NCBI GenBank assembly: GCA_025455725.1
Contig: JALOLY010000002.1
Span: forward strand, 3,963 to 67,962
Reading direction: 5' to 3'
DNA length: 64,000 bases
Source of the DNA: Amoebophilaceae bacterium
GTDB taxonomy: Bacteria; Bacteroidota; Bacteroidia; Cytophagales; Amoebophilaceae
The position numbers were made by a program, and so were the translations under genes. The notes below the pieces were generated by a model. That model had not been told where the DNA came from and searched no databases. It saw only the letters and a program-made list of their open reading frames with translations. Position 1 is the stretch's first letter. Every line of letters starts with the position of its first letter. Of the stretch, positions 63,193-64,000 are shown piece by piece.

Positions 63193-63720
63193 ATGAAAAA
63201 ACTGAAAATTTATGAACTACCACGCTTATCACCCGAAACTTTCCGAGCTAAAAAAAAGACCCCCTTGGTGATCGTGCTAGACAATGTTCGGAGTATGCAC
63301 AATGTAGGTGCGGCTTTTCGCATTGCCGATGCTTTCTTGATAGAGAAGCTCTACTTGTGTGGTATTACGGCTACACCACCGCATCGAGAGATTCATAAAA
63401 CAGCTTTGGGAGCTGAAGAACATGTTGCCTGGGAGCAAACACAGGACACACTAAGCGTCATCAAGCACTTAAAAATAGCGGGCTATCTCATTGTTGCCGT
63501 AGAGCAGACAGATGCTAGTAGGGCTCTGCATGTGTTTGAGCATTCAACAACGCAAAAATGTGCCGTCATATTTGGCCACGAAGTGTTTGGTATTCAGGAA
63601 TCGGTATTGTCTGCTTGTGATCTGTGCTTAGAAATACCTCAACACGGCGTCAAGCACTCACTCAACGTATCGGTGAGTATGGGCATCGTCGTGTGGGAAC
63701 TGGTAGGCAAGTCAAGGTAG
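63193..63720 (+). CDS. SpoU/TrmH-family RNA 2'-O-methyltransferase
   Basis: 175 aa; SPOUT motifs NVGAAFRIADAF, FGHEVFGI and LNVSVSMGIV. Confidence 0.85.
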   Translation: MKKLKIYELPRLSPETFRAKKKTPLVIVLDNVRSMHNVGAAFRIADAFLIEKLYLCGITATPPHREIHKTALGAEEHVAWEQTQDTLSVIKHLKIAGYLIVAVEQTDASRALHVFEHSTTQKCAVIFGHEVFGIQESVLSACDLCLEIPQHGVKHSLNVSVSMGIVVWELVGKSR

Positions 63721-64000
63721 GTTGGGCAACACGATGGGCCAGCAATGTATCACAGCACCCGTAGCCTCTTGTAGTACTGCTTGCTACTGACCTTGCCGTT
63801 GACTCAACAACACACGCTCCCGAGAAGAGGTGGTGAAAGGCCCCATAAAAACCCGGGGAGACGCAGACACCCCTGCGGCTACCAGATTGGTTGGGGACAT
63901 CCTGCCCGATGCACCGCTGACGCGTGCATCTTCGCGTAAGGGGACAAGCGAAAGCGCTCCTGGCGACAGGGCTTCCCCTGACGCTTGCACGGGATCGGCT

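Noticed and set aside
63781-64000. Possible RNase P RNA or 5S rRNA on the minus strand of the GC-rich edge, suggested by a CGTGCAAGCG GNRA-like hairpin and AGGAGCGC.
   Set aside because: The universal RNase P cores (GGAAAGTCC and ACAGAAnCCGGCTTA) and the 5S loop motifs are absent from the visible sequence and from the ~60 nt between this segment and the TrmH-family gene.

Overview
This looks like a core-chromosome window of a Bacteroidota-type genome. The lineage call rests on a Rho with an N-terminal insertion, GH3-family, DUF4199-like and histone-H1-like genes, a tsaD/TamB-like pair, an FtsL-like gene in the dcw cluster, and TAnnTTTG promoter-like motifs. Sampled lines are about 46-47% GC. 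I support about 45 protein genes, nearly all housekeeping: secDF, proS, obg, adk, serS, rho, mnmE, smpB, tsaD, psd, cdsA, asd, gpmI, recA, ligA, dapA, clpXP, tig, a relA-like RSH, rimM, murE, ftsI, rsmH, cca, pyrG and mutS. There are also four tRNAs: Phe-GAA, Leu-TAG, Leu-TAA and Gly-GCC. I found no CRISPR array, transposase, integrase, prophage gene or recognisable defence or secretion operon, and no convincing multi-gene novel system. The non-housekeeping content is limited to the following. (1) A two-gene module of signal-peptide-bearing coiled-coil proteins at 23016-25053, one built from near-identical 141/105-nt tandem repeats. (2) A macrodomain protein with a hydrophobic N-terminus at 10140-11048. 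(3) A DUF502 gene broken by a deletion and frameshift. (4) Two ORF-free gaps of about 1 kb at 2538-3553 and 35215-36267. (5) A perfect 34-nt palindrome in a divergent promoter region. (6) A 61% GC segment at the right edge. (7) An RSH protein whose hydrolase and zinc-finger motifs are degenerate. Together the gene decay, the large gaps and the candidate exported proteins are compatible with a host-associated or eroding genome, but that is inference only. All family assignments come from motif recognition by eye; no searches were run.
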